Assembly (NCBI GenBank): GCA_017499595.2
Contig: CM039000.1
Coordinates: 1,426,001-1,490,000, forward strand
Length of the DNA stretch: 64,000 bases
Direction of reading: 5' to 3'
Source: Psilocybe cubensis
Lineage: Eukaryota
Positions 36,594 to 50,335 of this stretch are shown here, piece by piece; position 1 is the stretch's first letter; each line of letters opens with the position of its first letter. A program made the position numbers and the translations under genes. Under the pieces are notes generated by a model. It was not told the origin of the DNA. It was given only the letters and a program-made list of their open reading frames with translations, and made no database searches.

Positions 36594-37017
36594 ATGTAAC
36601 GTCTATCTAGGGCATCTTGGCGTACCGGTTTACAAAGTAGCGGTTTGTACAAATTGTATATATCTTCTGAAATATCATACCATGTCCATGTCGATTTGGG
36701 TTCCAATATTGCCTAAGTATCACTGCTACCGTGACAAGTCCGCGAGACATTGTAAGGCAGGACTACGTTGTTCACGCCTGCCTCTTTATGCTGGACCGTG
36801 GAACTTAGTGACGTGCGCATTAACAAGCAACGGGCGGAACTGTTTTTTTGTAATGCCACCTTGCTGTTTCTCCTGCCTGAGTGTATTTGCATAGACATGC
36901 ATGCGAAGAGATTCACCCGTCAACACTTTTGATTTTTTTGTTCGGTTACTATTAAAAGACCAAGACAACAAAGAAGTTTGGCCCAAGGTATATACTTCGA
37001 CAAAGCGTAAGAAGTAG

Positions 37018-38185
37018 TTACAAGAAGAGGGCCGCAAGGAAAAAGGAAGAAACAGCTGCAAGCCCAGAAAGTTGGTAGTGAATGCTGCCCGCTCCGTTTG
37101 TGTTGTTTGAGGTTCCAGTCGGTGTGCTACTTTGAGATCCAGAGCTGGATGCAGAAGTATCCGATTTGGTGCTGGATGCTACAGACAAGGTGGAAGTTAC
37201 AACAGCGGATGTAGCGGGAACAGAAACAGTTGCGGTGCCCTCCTCGACCGTGATGTAAGTACCCTTTAGGAGATTAGTGAATAAATATGCATGTTTACAT
37301 GAATGTTAAATAATTCAATACTTACACCAACCAGAGGACCCAAGCCACTGTCCTAGAGTAGAATAATGCCTGTCAGAATTAATAAGGACAAAAATTTTAC
37401 TCGTCAGCGTACCTTTACGTATGCATTAAAATCCATCTTAGAAACTCCAAGGCCGGGGTTAGCGAAGGCAGCAGGTGCAGCGAAGGTAGAGGGTTGCGCG
37501 TATAGAAGAACCACGTAGCTAGAACATTACGCATGTTAGGAGATAAAATGAAATCTAGATTGGTACACCTACCGATGAGGGCCACTACCAGCAGCTGGTC
37601 CAGGTCCGGCGTAGGCGGTGATGGCAGTACCAGAGGTGGTCGTCACAACTGAGTCTTCATTGTGTAGTGGTTACTCTTAGCACAGCAGAGCGAGAAGGGG
37701 AAAGGGGTCACGTACTGGAGATGGTTGCACCGTTCACAAGCCAGTGCCGGTTCTCTCCATCGGCCAAATCAGTCCCCACAATGTCAGCATCGACCATGGC
37801 AATCGTGTAGGTGCCATTCAGTACAACCGAAGAATTTGCAGGTGTAACGGTGACGGTAGGAGCAGTCCCGACCTCTGTCGTTTGATTAGTTCTTGGCGGG
37901 GGTTACCAGGACAAAACGAAACTTACGGTCCTTAGTGAATTTTTGACCAGGCTGGACGTTGCCAACACCTGAATAAAGGTTTAGTCACGGATTGCAAGAC
38001 GAGTTAACAAAGTAGCCACCAGCAAAGTTCAGCGACAGAAGTGCAGAAGGGTTGAAAGAGGCAAGCAAGTCAGGGACGACATGGGACTGAGTGAAGTGAG
38101 CTTCGATGGCTTGAATATCTACGGACGCCTGAGCAGCAACAAAAGGGACAAGCGCGACGGAAACAACGAAGGAAAGAGCGAACAT
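37018..38185 (-). CDS. Secreted, probably GPI-anchored PEBP (phosphatidylethanolamine-binding) family protein
   Basis: Signal peptide MFALSFVVSVALVPFVAAQ; YTIAMVDAD, RHWLVNG and YAGPGPAAGSGPHRYVVLLY PEBP motifs; Ser/Thr-rich stalk and hydrophobic C-terminus (NGA...LAAVSSFFLAALFL*). Confidence 0.88.
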
Positions 38186-38410
38186 TTTTGAAAAGAGTGT
38201 GATTGTGGTGGTACTAGTAAGAAGGATGTTAAGTTGTAACTGGCGCTGACAGTCTATTTGTCCTTGGCAGTGTTTGAGTTCAATTACATTCATATGAAAA
38301 AATAATAATATACAACTGTCCCTAAAAACTATGGTATATAATGAAAACGATGGATTATGCATATCGAAAGGCCCGGAAAATAGATGTTGTAGCGGATGGA
38401 TAAACAAAAG

Positions 38411-41400
38411 CTATGACGGTAGTACGATCTGCCCCTCTTCTTCCCCCTCTGCATGCTCTGGGACTGGCTGTTCAGTCATATCCAGAATTTCTGACGCCAA
38501 AGGTGATGTTGGAATGTCTTTATCACTTTCACTTGGTCGTTCTGTCCGCCGTCTCCTCCGCCGCGATGTTGTGGGGGATGATGGGGCATTGAATCCATCA
38601 GACTTCAGGCGGGCTAACATATCTAGAGCAAGCATTGACATGTCGTTCCCAGAACTAGAAAGTTCAAGATTAAGCCCAATAGGAATTGTTGTGTTTGGTT
38701 CAGCTGTGGGGCGTCTCCTTCTTGCTTTCCACGTCACGGCGTCACCATTACGAAGATCAGCCAGTATTCGATCCAAAGCTCCATCGTTCTCATCCGTTAT
38801 TACGGATGCTTCCTTCAACCGGTTGGCCTTACTCTCTTCTAAGGCCTGTCGTCGCTTAGCCAATGCCATCTTTTCTTCTGCCACAGTCTGGTTCTCGTAT
38901 TTGCATTTCTGGAAAATCATTAGCATGAATGCATGTACGTAGACATTACACGTTGACATACCTTGTACGAAGTAACAAATGTTTTGAATATGCCATAAAA
39001 TTCAGAGGACGACATATTTTTGTCTTCTTCTCCATAATAGCTAAGGGCGTCCATATAGGTTGTATCGGCATGTCTTACGTCGTCAACCAAATCCTCTAGC
39101 TGGCTATTGGCTTTTTTATAGAATGCCCACATTTGTTTGCCGTAAAGGTCGTGCTCATCCAGTTCAGCAAAATGATCAACAAGTTCTTGATGAATTCGCG
39201 ACAAACCATCTCGCAATTCAGAAAGCCCTTTCCGGATGTCTTGAAGGTTTACTATTACATCACTGGATAAGCACACATGCTCATACTCGAGAATGAATGA
39301 TTACCTCTGTATGCCTCAGCAGGACGTTCTAATTCTTCTAAAAATTCCTCCATCTCTGGGAAGTGTTTGGCAACCGTCCGTTCTAGGAAATGGAGCAATG
39401 TCGTATTATTGACAGATTTAGTGTCAACTAACTACACATCTAGTCAGATCGGAGAAACACAAGCAGAAACCTTTGTAAATACCTTGTTGATACTGCTCAC
39501 ACGGAATCCAAAGGCACCACCTTTGATACCAGTTCCATTCATATAGTTACCAATAAGGAGAATGAGCTATATTGCGGGACTGAGAAAGACAAGAAATCAA
39601 GCCATGAATAACGCATACCGAAAGCAGTTCTTTGAAATGTTTAGCCTCGAGGAGATCCCGACCAGCTTCTGAAAGCTTGCTAGCACCCTATAATGCAGTT
39701 TTTGCAAGTTTTTGCAACATGTTAAATACAGCAAAAGAAACGAAACCCACCTCGTCCAGTAGAGCCCATGTTTCATCAAAGCTGACTCTATAAAGCATAC
39801 CCTCAATCCGCGGACCAAGTCTGTTGATCTTGATTAATTGAACCATCAGTCTGTCGGATGGATGCAGCTCTGCTAGTTCTGATGGGTCCGCATTTCGATA
39901 TACATTTAATTTCCCAACCTGATTTCAAGAGTTCAAAACAGGTATAGGAGCCATCGAGAACACATACCTGTTCAGGAGATGGTAGAAGAGGTTTTAACTC
40001 TCTCAAGAATACCTGACTACACATCTCCAAGTCAAATTGTTGGATTTTGCGAGCTATTTCTTCGGGCTCCAATTTTCGGATGAGCTGGATCAGAATTTCT
40101 GATCCAAAGGATCAGTTTCAACAGAATCAATAGTGAGGGGATCAAGCTACTCACCGACCCGCTTCTTCGTTTGAGGGTCCAAAACACTTCTAAGCTCCTC
40201 GCGCTTTTGCTTAGCTATGATATGGTAAACATCGAATGGTTGTCCGACACAAAAGAAACCTCACCCATAAGGTTAATAACAAGTTGTTTGGCTTTAAAGT
40301 CCTCTTCCATTTCCATCCACACGCCATCAAGCTGAAGTTTTTGAAGCATGTCTTGTTCCTTCTGCGGTTCATCTTCGCTCCATAAGGTTTTGCTAACTTG
40401 CTGTTGCGGCAACTTATCCCATTGCAATTGCTTCATTTTGGTACTTGGAGTTATAGCCATCTCCTTGCGAATATTTGCAAAGGTGAGGTTGGAGCCAAGA
40501 AGAGATGCACGTGCTGAACTGCGCGTAGAGCTTGGGTTTGAGAACATGGGCGGAGGCGGTGGCGGTGAAGGCACTGCAAACGTAGAGGTAGGGATCATGG
40601 ATTTCATGCCAGGAGGAGGAGGAGGTGGAGGTGGTGGTGGAGGGGGTGGAGGCGGCGGCGGCGTACCTGGGAATCCTTTAAATCCAACAGGTGGTGGTGG
40701 TGGTGGCGGCGGGGGTGGTGGTGGTGGTGGTGGTGGTGGCGGTGGTGGAGGCGGGGGTGGAGCACCATTCCCTGTGGATTGTTCCTCAGGGAGACTAGAT
40801 AATTGTGGACTACCTTCACGAGGGGGGAGGGGTTTGTTCCGGGAAACTAGCTGTTTACTGAGTTGTTCGGCAAAAGAACCTGGAGCAGCAGTCCGTGGAT
40901 TATCACTCGATGTTTCAGAGGCCATCGAGGTAACGAGAGTATCTTCTGTGCCATTGGTAAAGCCACTGCGTATCGACCGGCCGTACTCACTCTCATCGTC
41001 ATTTGCAGGCGAGGATGACCTGCTCAAATCTGCTGAATCGTTAGAAAATGCGTCGTCATGTCTTGGAGCAAGCAGGTGGTTATGTTTAAAGGTTTCGCCA
41101 CCCAAGGGCGGGCGTTCAGATCGTCTAGGGGAACCACGGATACTCCGAGAACTTGACATGGATCCGATCTGGGGAGAATACTGATGTACGAAATTAATGA
41201 AGGTTTGGAAGGGTTTAAGTTGGGTGGAGACCTACTAATTTGACACCAGCTGCAAGCTGTTGTTGGACTTGTTCCCTCGCATCTGCTTCATCTGCATCCA
41301 TGAATTGTGACACTCTCCCATTCTCGTCTACCGCTGAATTCTTGTCATTTGATGATGCATTGAAAAGTTTCTTGCCAGGAACGGATGGATGTGTCTTCTT

Positions 41401-43996
41401 GGCGGTAGATTTTCCAGGGGTTGCGTCGATATCGTCTTCGTCGTCGTCCACAAAACTAGAGTTTCCATTTCGTCCTTTCTTCGACTTTCGTCGACTGTTA
41501 CCTTCTTTACCTTCCAGTATACTGATGGTTTTCTTTCGCTGAAAGTTTCGTTCCAGTGTCTCAACAAGAGCTTTGCGATCCATAGTGCCACCGTCGAGAA
41601 TTGTTTCAACGCCTTTGCCAACTTCTTTAAGCATCCGGAACAGTTCCATGATCTGGGCTTCCAACTGGTTTATTTTATCTTCATAGGACGCTTTTTGACT
41701 TTCCAATTGTCCGTGAAGCCTTGAAGTATTTTCTCTAGATACCGATAGTTTGTTTTCCAAACTTGTTACCTGCGACTTGAGTTTTCCAACCAAACCGTCT
41801 TGACCTTGTGATATCTCGTCCTCCAGCGCTTCTTTCTCTAATTTCAAGCGCACCGCCAATGCTCGGGCCTCGGCCGCCTCGTCTTCAGCAGCTTGATAAC
41901 GGTCTGCTTCGTTAAATTGAGCAATTATTCGTTCAACAGAATGACCCATCCGCTGTTCTGCGCCGGCTAGTTTCTTGTCCAAAACCACATCTGTAACAAT
42001 CGAATCAAGTAATTGGTAATAGTGCACCATAGGCTGGCCTTCCTCTCGGATAAGGAGTAGATGCTGCATCATAGACAGGAAATAACTGTTAGCTCTTGTA
42101 CCCTGCGTTTTGGCATGGATCGCATTGTAGACATCTTGCGGATCGGTCAAGTCTTTGAGGATTTCGTCGTCCAGACGCTCGCGTAACTTCTTTTCATCAT
42201 CATCGAATAACCTCTGAAGTTGTTTGATTTGCTTGTCGATATTGGGAACGCCGAAATTTTTACAGAGCTCCAATATGCGCTTGAGACCTGCCGATTCCAT
42301 CTGTGATCGATGATGTAGCCGTAAGTCGAAGTCGTCTACGAATTGTATGATCCCATTAAGCAGAACAAGGTTGGAAAGCTTTAGTAAAAGATTTAGCAAA
42401 CTATAAAACCAGAAAGAAAGAAAAAACATACAGCATATTCGTTTAGAGAACTATCAGTACCACCCGTCCGCTTGACTTCTTCACTAGCCCCCACAAGACT
42501 TCCCATTTTGCCTCGCCCCGAGAGACTCTGTTCCATTGATTTAAACCAATACTCGTAGCATCCCCCGGCTTCATTATTGGACAAACTAAGTGCTTCCAGA
42601 GCCGCTACCACTAGGGAATGTGCTTCTCCATTGTTCCAATACGCCAGAAATGTTAGTAAGTCAAGGACGGTTTTTCGCGTTAACAAATTGGGAGCATTGA
42701 GAGATGAAGCGATTTGAGTAACAATTGATGGGTGTGTAAGGGCTTCATTGGCAGCAGACTAAGAAACAGAAAAAATGAGCTCATAGTAATAGAATGAGTA
42801 TTGAAAACCTAACTGGAGTGTTCAAAATCTGCCTCAAACACTTAACAACTTCGTATTCTAGATTGATGTCATTATCCTTCCTAGAAATAGATAAAAATTA
42901 GAAATAAGAATGTGTGCATTACATAGCTGCAAACCTTTGGGAGCCCTTACGACTGATATGTTGGAGAGTTTGAGCCAAAACAGATGTTCCCTGAATAGAT
43001 ATAAACTGTTGGAACCAACTGATGGCAATCAGTGCTACTGCAGCATTTCTTTCATCGTTGATTTTACCTTAATTCCTTGCTTCGAAGTGAAACCAGCAGA
43101 CTTCCGGCCTGCTTGGGAGTGATGGTTTTGTCCAGAAATTTCTTGATATACCACTCCGGGGAATCGGGCAATATCGCGGCAGCCTGACCAGTTTCCGCTT
43201 GTCTCTTTGACTGCTCCTCCCTTTGTTTTTCCTCTGTCCATCTAATGTGTTCATCATTGTATACCATGTGCCATTTACGGTCTATCGGTAGGTCGGGCAT
43301 TTCTCCCAAATCCCGAGTACGCTTAACATTCTCGAACAAGATTTCAATCTCTTCGTCTGTTTCAGGTTTGGGGAAATGGAAAGTTTCGCTTCCATGATGC
43401 CGATGGTGGTAGAAACTGGAAAAATGTGATGGATGAGAGCCTCCTTCAGAAGATGTCAGCGAAGCCGCATATTTCGAGTCTCTATTCCTGTCTGATCTCA
43501 TTGTCATTCCAGAAGTAGGCCTAATTGTTGATTGACTGGTACCAGGTTGTGAAGACAAGTGTCCGAAATCCGCACCGCTTTTTGATGACGCTTCACTTCT
43601 ACGCAGTCGTGTTGTTTGTTGGTGGGAGAGTGATGGAAGCACGGCCTTGTTCGGTGAGTACGTCGCACCAGTAGATTCATCATAGAGCGTAGAAGAATCG
43701 GTGGTGGAAATGGATGCATTTGAGGGATTTTGTTGAAACTGGTTGTACAGTTGAGTTCGTTCTGATTTATTCCGTGCCATGGTAAATTTATTCAGCTCGG
43801 TCCCGGAGACAGTGAGTGCAGGATTTGTGTTCGGTGCAGATATTCCTCTGATTCCTTGGCTAATGGTACCCGCAGGTATTGGGGAACGAGAAGGAGCCGA
43901 GAGTTTGTCGTAAGGCACGGATCGTTCATTGAGGTCCTGAACAGATACTGAAGACTGTCGAGGACGACCTTTCTTGCGCCCGAATATGGTGTCCAT
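38411..43996 (-). CDS. Diaphanous-related formin (GBD/FH3, FH1, FH2; SepA/Bni1-like)
   Basis: SPEWYIKKF and LLVSLRS in the GBD; FH3 region; polyproline FH1 at 40550-40760; FH2 KMKQLQWDKL, LLIGNYMNG...GGAFGFR and TLLHFL; DAD-like GALDRILADLR. Confidence 0.95.
40548..40761 (-). repeat. GGN-rich trinucleotide tracts encoding the formin FH1 polyproline
   Basis: (GGT/GGC/GGA)n runs on the + strand translate as long poly-Pro stretches on the - strand. Confidence 0.9.
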
Positions 43997-44557
43997 GACG
44001 CAAACACTCCGAGCCTTGTGGCGAGATTACTGGTCTCCTATCCAGCAAGTTTCTAGAGATCGGGGATGTTGTTGGACCGGCCAATGATGGATCAGAGAAA
44101 AGAAACTTGGTAGATATTCAGGCGAATTTGCGCTTTTACAGCGGTCAACCTAAAGCCACAGAGCGTGGTCCCGAGTGATATGGAGGACACAAAGCACTAG
44201 CGTTGACGATGGCAACAACTTCCATTTACAACCAGGGCTTAATTCCGCCCGCCAAACAGTCACAACAGCAGTATCACGTGGCAAATGGATGAACTTTTGA
44301 CTCTGTTAACGCGGCTGTATTATCCGTATAGGAGTGTGCTAGAATACATGTATGGCTATCGTAGAGGCTGTAAAATGCGCGACAGAGAGAATGAGTTTCA
44401 GGGCAAGTTGGTATCATGATTTTGAGGCAACGGAAATGATCAACGAGGCTTGTTGGCCGGTCACTACATAAGGCACTTGCGACTTGAAAATAACAAGGAC
44501 CAACAACTCTTTACTTTCAACCCCTTGCTGGACAAGCCGTTGCTTCTTCCTAGTAAC

Positions 44558-47500
44558 ATGGCTGAAAACATATACAGCAAGGGAACCCGGGTCTGGTTCG
44601 AGGATAAGGACCATGCCTGGATCTCTGCTGAAGTTTCCTCTGTAACAAAGGGTAACGACGATACCATCAAGCTGGTCTTTATAGACGAACGCGGCAAGGT
44701 ACTTTCCTCTTTTTTCATTTGAGTACCCTTAACTGAAATTATTTGCTAGGAAATCACGCTTAATACTACTGGCAAGGAAATCAAAGAAGGCAAAGAGGGT
44801 CTTCCGCCTCTACGAAATCCACCACTACTCGAAACAGCCGATGATCTAGCCACACTCTCACATCTTAACGAACCTTCAGGTACGTGGGCCTGGCCTCCAT
44901 TATCCATGTTATCTTATACAACTGCGACTCCAACCAGTCCTTCATACTATCCGAAATCGATATGCCCAACACAGTATTTACACCTACAGTGGCATCGTGT
45001 TAATTGCCGTCAATCCTTTCCAGCGCGTAACATTGTATGGGCCAGAAATCATCCAAGCATACAGCGGTCGTAAACGGGGAGAGCTGGAGCCGCATCTATT
45101 TGCCATTGCTGAAGATGCATATACGGCGATGAGAAAGGATGGGACTGGTCAAACTATCATTGTGTCAGGAGAGAGGTACGTCCCACGAATGAGTTATGTC
45201 GTCCATGAGTTGATCCCCGTGTAGCGGTGCTGGAAAGACCGAATCAGTACGTGTTCTGATCTATTGGATTTAATTACTCTGCTAACCTTACCACTATATC
45301 CCAATAGGCAAAGTTTATAATGCGATACCTTGCATCTGTGAACCCCCCTGACTCGAATGCCAAAACCAAAACCAAATTCTCCCTCGATGATTCCAGTGAA
45401 ATTGAACGCCAAATTTTAGCTACAAATCCTATTCTTGAAGCATTCGGAAATGCCAAAACCACGCGTAACGACAATTCTTCTCGCTTCGGCAAATATATTC
45501 AGGTCTGATAATCCCTCCCAATGGACCGTGAGTATAAATAACTAACAGATGAATAGATTCTTTTCGACGGGAAACAAGAAATTGTCGGTGCTCGCATTCG
45601 CACATATCTACTTGAACGTTCAAGAATTGTTTTCCAACCTGTCACTGAGCGAAATTATCACATTTTCTATCAACTATGTGCTGGTGCCCCAGTGAAGGAG
45701 CGCAAGGATCTCGGTTTAGATTCCGATATCAACAAATTCCTTTATCTCAAACAAGGAGGTCCGTCGTCCACGCCAATTGCTGGAGTCGATGACGCCGAGG
45801 AGTTCCGTTCGACCCAGCAAGCGTTATCCACTGTGGGTATCAGTGTCGAGAAGCAATGGGCAGTTTTCCGTCTTCTTGCTGCTCTGCTTCATCTAGGGAA
45901 TGTCAAGATATCTCAGCTACGCACCGACGCTTCGATTGAAGATAATGATGCTGCTCTTATACTGGCCACTCGATTCCTTGGTGTGCCGCTCGCAGAGTTC
46001 AAGAAATGGACGGTGAAGAAACAACTTCAGACTCGTTCTGAAAAAATTGTCACTTCCCTCAATGCTGCGCAAGCTACTGTTGTTCGCGATAGTGTGGCCA
46101 AATTTGTGTATGCATGCATGTTTGAATGGCTTGTCGCCATTGTCAACGAAAGTTTGGCTGGTGAAAACGGAGATGCTGCTGAACGAGCAGAAATGTTCAT
46201 CGGCGTCCTGGATATCTATGGGTTCGAACATTTCCAAAAGGTCCGTGCCGTTAACAGATTGTTTTTATCTTTTCTTATACGCCTTTTATAGAATTCATTC
46301 GAACAATTTAGTATCAATTACGCCAATGAAAAACTCCAGCAAGAGGTATGAACAATTATGCCCTCATTATTTTCAAAAATTCTCATGGCGCCTTTTTAGT
46401 TTAATTCACACGTGTTCAAACTCGAACAAGAGGAATACGTTAAGGAAGAGATCAAGTGGAAATTCATCGATTTTTCGGACAATCAACCTTGTATCGATGT
46501 TATTGAAGGGAAGCTTGGTGTTCTGGCACTTTTGGATGAAGAATCTCGAATGCCTTCTGGTACCGATGCGTCATTCCTTCAGAAGCTGAGCACACAAATT
46601 TTACCCAAGCCTGAGTATAAAAATGTGTACAAGAAGCCAAGATTTGGAAACTCTGCATTCACCATCGCCCACTACGCTTTGGATGTAACATACGAAGTGG
46701 ATGGCTTTTTGGAAAAGAATCGAGACACAGTCCCGGACGAACAGATGACTCTCCTCGCCTCTACAAAGAATCCTTTCTTGAAAGAGGTCTTGGATGCGGC
46801 TTTGAATTCAACTAGAGGAGTAGATGGACCTGCTCCCGCTTCACCGGCATTTTCAGATTCTGGAAGTGGAGGTTCACGGCGTTCATCTGTTATTCCTGAT
46901 CCTGGCCGTCAATCGTTTGTCACGTCAAATGCGGGATCTGCAGCCAACAAGCGACCTGGAGCTACGAATAAGAAACCTACTCAAGGTTCTATCTTCAAAG
47001 CCTCTTTAATCGCTTTGATGGAGACTCTGAGCACCACGAATGTGCATTACATTCGATGCATCAAGCCAAACGAACTTAAAAGACCGTGGGAATTTCAACC
47101 TCAGCAGGTTCTGGGTCAACTACGGGCGTGTGGTGTTTTGGAGACTATCCGGATCAGCTGTGCTGGTTATCCAACACGGTGGACCTATGAAGAATTTGCG
47201 GAACGGTACGTTGCAAATGGTTAATCATTAATATTTATGTTGATTTGTTCCTTTCAGTTATTATATGCTGGTACCCTCATCCGATTGGCAGCCCATGATT
47301 CAGTCAATGGATCTCCGCCGGCTGTGTTCTACAATTTTGGAGAAAACTATTGCAGATCCAGATATGTATCAAAATGGTTTAACCAAGATTTTTTTCAGAG
47401 CGGGAATGCTTGCTGCGCTGGAATCATTCCGCTCCGATCGGTTGAATGCTATGGTCACTGTCGTTCAAAAGAATGTGCGGAGAAGGTTGGCCACCAGGGA

Positions 47501-50219
47501 TTACCAAAATCTTCGTCGTGCTACGATCAAAATTCAGACATGGTGGAGAGGTATCCTGGCCCGAAAGCTAGTAGAAGGTATCCGTCGCGAAGTATCGGCC
47601 ATCAGACTACAAACTGCTATTAGACGTTACATTCAAAGGAAAAGACTTGCAGATGTCAGACACGGTGTCATTTTGGTGCAGAGCCGTACGTATTTCTCGA
47701 CTTTTGCTATGGCTTATTCTCAATTTCTGCTAGGTGTGCGTGGTATGCAAACCCGACAAAAGTACCTCCAGGAGAGGACTTTCCGTGCCGCTACTCTCCT
47801 ACAGTGCCTCTTCCGTGGCGTGTAAGTTATCACTGCTTAGCATTCCAGTTTTTTCTAAATTTTATTTTAGACTTTCACGGCGTGTGTTCACTTCTGATGT
47901 GCGGCATGTTGTATTCATACAATCATGCATTCGACGTCGACTTGCTCGTAAAGAGCTTAAAGCTCTCAAACAAGAAGCTAGATCTGTGTCAAAATTCAAG
48001 GAGATATCATATCGTCTTGAAAACAAGGTCATCGAACTTACACAGAGTCTACAAGAGCGTACCAATGAGAAGAAGAGGTTGCAACTACAGCTCGGTGAAC
48101 TCGAACAGCAGCTCCAGCAATGGATCAACCGTCACGAAGAAGCGGACTCTCGAGCTAAACAACTCCAGAACAACGTGCAAACCATGGAGACAGAGCTTGC
48201 TCACACCAATGAATTGCTTGCTGCGAAAGCCGGTATCGAAAAGAAACTGGAGGAAGCCATTGCTAAGGCAGCCGAAAAGGAGGCCAGCATCCAGAAACTA
48301 ACTGACGAAATCGTTCGACAAGCTGCTCAACTAGAGGCACAGCAACGCGTTATTGATACTGCCCCCGCCCGCAATCAAGAGGATAGTTCTGTCATAATGA
48401 CTCTGAAAAACGAAGTTAGCAGTCTTCGTGAGCAATTGAATAGGTCTAATGCCTTGAATGCACTCACAAGAGGCTCCCGGGCCGACCCTCCTTTGTCGCC
48501 CACTTTCGCACCAGGTTTGCGCCTGGCTGAAACCAACGGCCATATCAACGGAGACGTCCCTGCCACCCAACGTCGGGGTCACCAGAGGAGGCACAGCTCA
48601 GCTGGCGTTTTCTCATTTGCAAACGATGACAATCGCACATCGTCAGACGACATTCTCAGCGATGTGAGGAGAAGTGCTGGAAACCCACGCGCTGTTTCTG
48701 TCGCTTTCAATGGCGAGGATAACTACTTGCGGTTCAGAGCGAATGGACTTCCAGACATACGCGACTTCGATGACCCTGCCGAGGAGAAGATCAGATTGAT
48801 GCAGGACATCAAACGCCTTGATGAAGACGTTTTGGATGGTCTCATCCGTGGTCTCAAAATTCCTGCTCCCAGCCTTACCAACCCATCAGCTGTCAAGGAA
48901 ATCCTTTTCCCTGCCAATTTGATCAGCCTCGTCACAAATGAAATGTGGAAATACGGTCTCATTCAGGAAAGCGAGAGATTCCTTGCGAATGTCATGCAAA
49001 CAATTCAGGCGCATGTAATGGTTGGTGTCCATAACGGTTTTACAACATTCGAAGTATGAACTAATTAACATCTTATACTTCAGTCTTTCACGGGCGAGGA
49101 TGCAATTATACCCGGCATATATTGGCTATCCAATGTACATGAGATGCTTTCGTTCATCTGCGTTGCCGAAAGCGATATGCTTCAAGGCATTGGTCCAGGC
49201 GAGGAGAACGCTGTGCGCGCCTTTGACTGGAATGATTACGAACGGTTGGTGTCCGTCGTGAAACACGATCTTGATAGCTTGGAATACAACATCTACCACA
49301 CCTGGATGCTTGAGACCAAGAAGAAATTGTCGAAGATGGTCATTCCTGCGTTGATCGAAAGCCAGTCTCTACCCGGATTCACCACCAGTGACGGCGGAGG
49401 TCGTTTGTTTAACCGCCTCCTCAATTCCAACAGCACACCTGCTTTCAGCATGGACGACATTTTGAACCTTCTTAACAAAGTATGGAAGAGTTTGAAGAGT
49501 TATTACATGGAAGAGTCTGTGATTCAGCAAGTGGTCACTGAATTACTCAAACTAATTGGCGTGGCGAGCTTCAATGACCTTCTGATGCGACGGAACTTCT
49601 CTTCTTGGAAACGAGGTTGGTTTAATTCTTTCGGTGTCCACCTTTCACTATGTTCAATATCCTGATTTCCCCCTAGCCATGCAAATTCAATATAACATTA
49701 CTCGCATAGAAGAATGGTGTAAATCCCATGGTATGCCGGAAGGCACTCTTCAGCTGGAGCACTTGATGCAGGCCACCAAGTTGTTGCAATTAAAGAAGGT
49801 AACTTTAAATTCCTCTTTAGTCTTGACACCTACTGACCTCCTCCGCCAGGCTACCCCGGCTGACATAGAGATTATTTACGATGTTTGCTGGATGCTGAGT
49901 CCCATGCAAATTCAGCGAATGTGTACGAACTATTACGTTGCCGATTACGAGGTAACAATGCCTTTGTTACCTCCCTTGTAGAAACTTTCTAACCCTGGTT
50001 TTCTGCATATAGAACCCTATTTCTCCAGAAATTCTCCGCGTTGTAGCCTCGCGTGTACAAGCTAACGACCGGAACGACCACCTGCTTCTTTCGCCAGAGA
50101 CGGAGGAAGTCGGGCCTTACGAATTGCCTTTACCTCGAGAAGTCTCGGGTTTAGAGACCTACGTTCCAGCTTACCTCAATGTGTCTCACCTACGGCGTTT
50201 GGCCGCTTTAGTATCATAA
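44558..50219 (+). CDS. MYO2: Class V myosin
   Basis: [13 protein letters not shown]-loop GE|SGAGKT split by an intron; [20 protein letters not shown] and DIYGFE; IQ motifs (IQTWWRG); coiled coil; DIL domain [15 protein letters not shown]...[15 protein letters not shown]; stop TAA 50217-50219. Confidence 0.97.
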
Positions 50220-50335
50220 TTGTTGTTATTTTGTGGATGGTTCCTATTTGTCGATTTATTTAATATACCTCGCATTGTCAAGTTGTTACTTATAATTACT
50301 CGCAATGCTTTATTCAAAGGTTTCCGACTATCTGG

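Noticed and set aside
40348-41184. 278-aa Gly-rich plus-strand ORF
   Set aside because: Antisense shadow of the formin FH1 polyproline exon.
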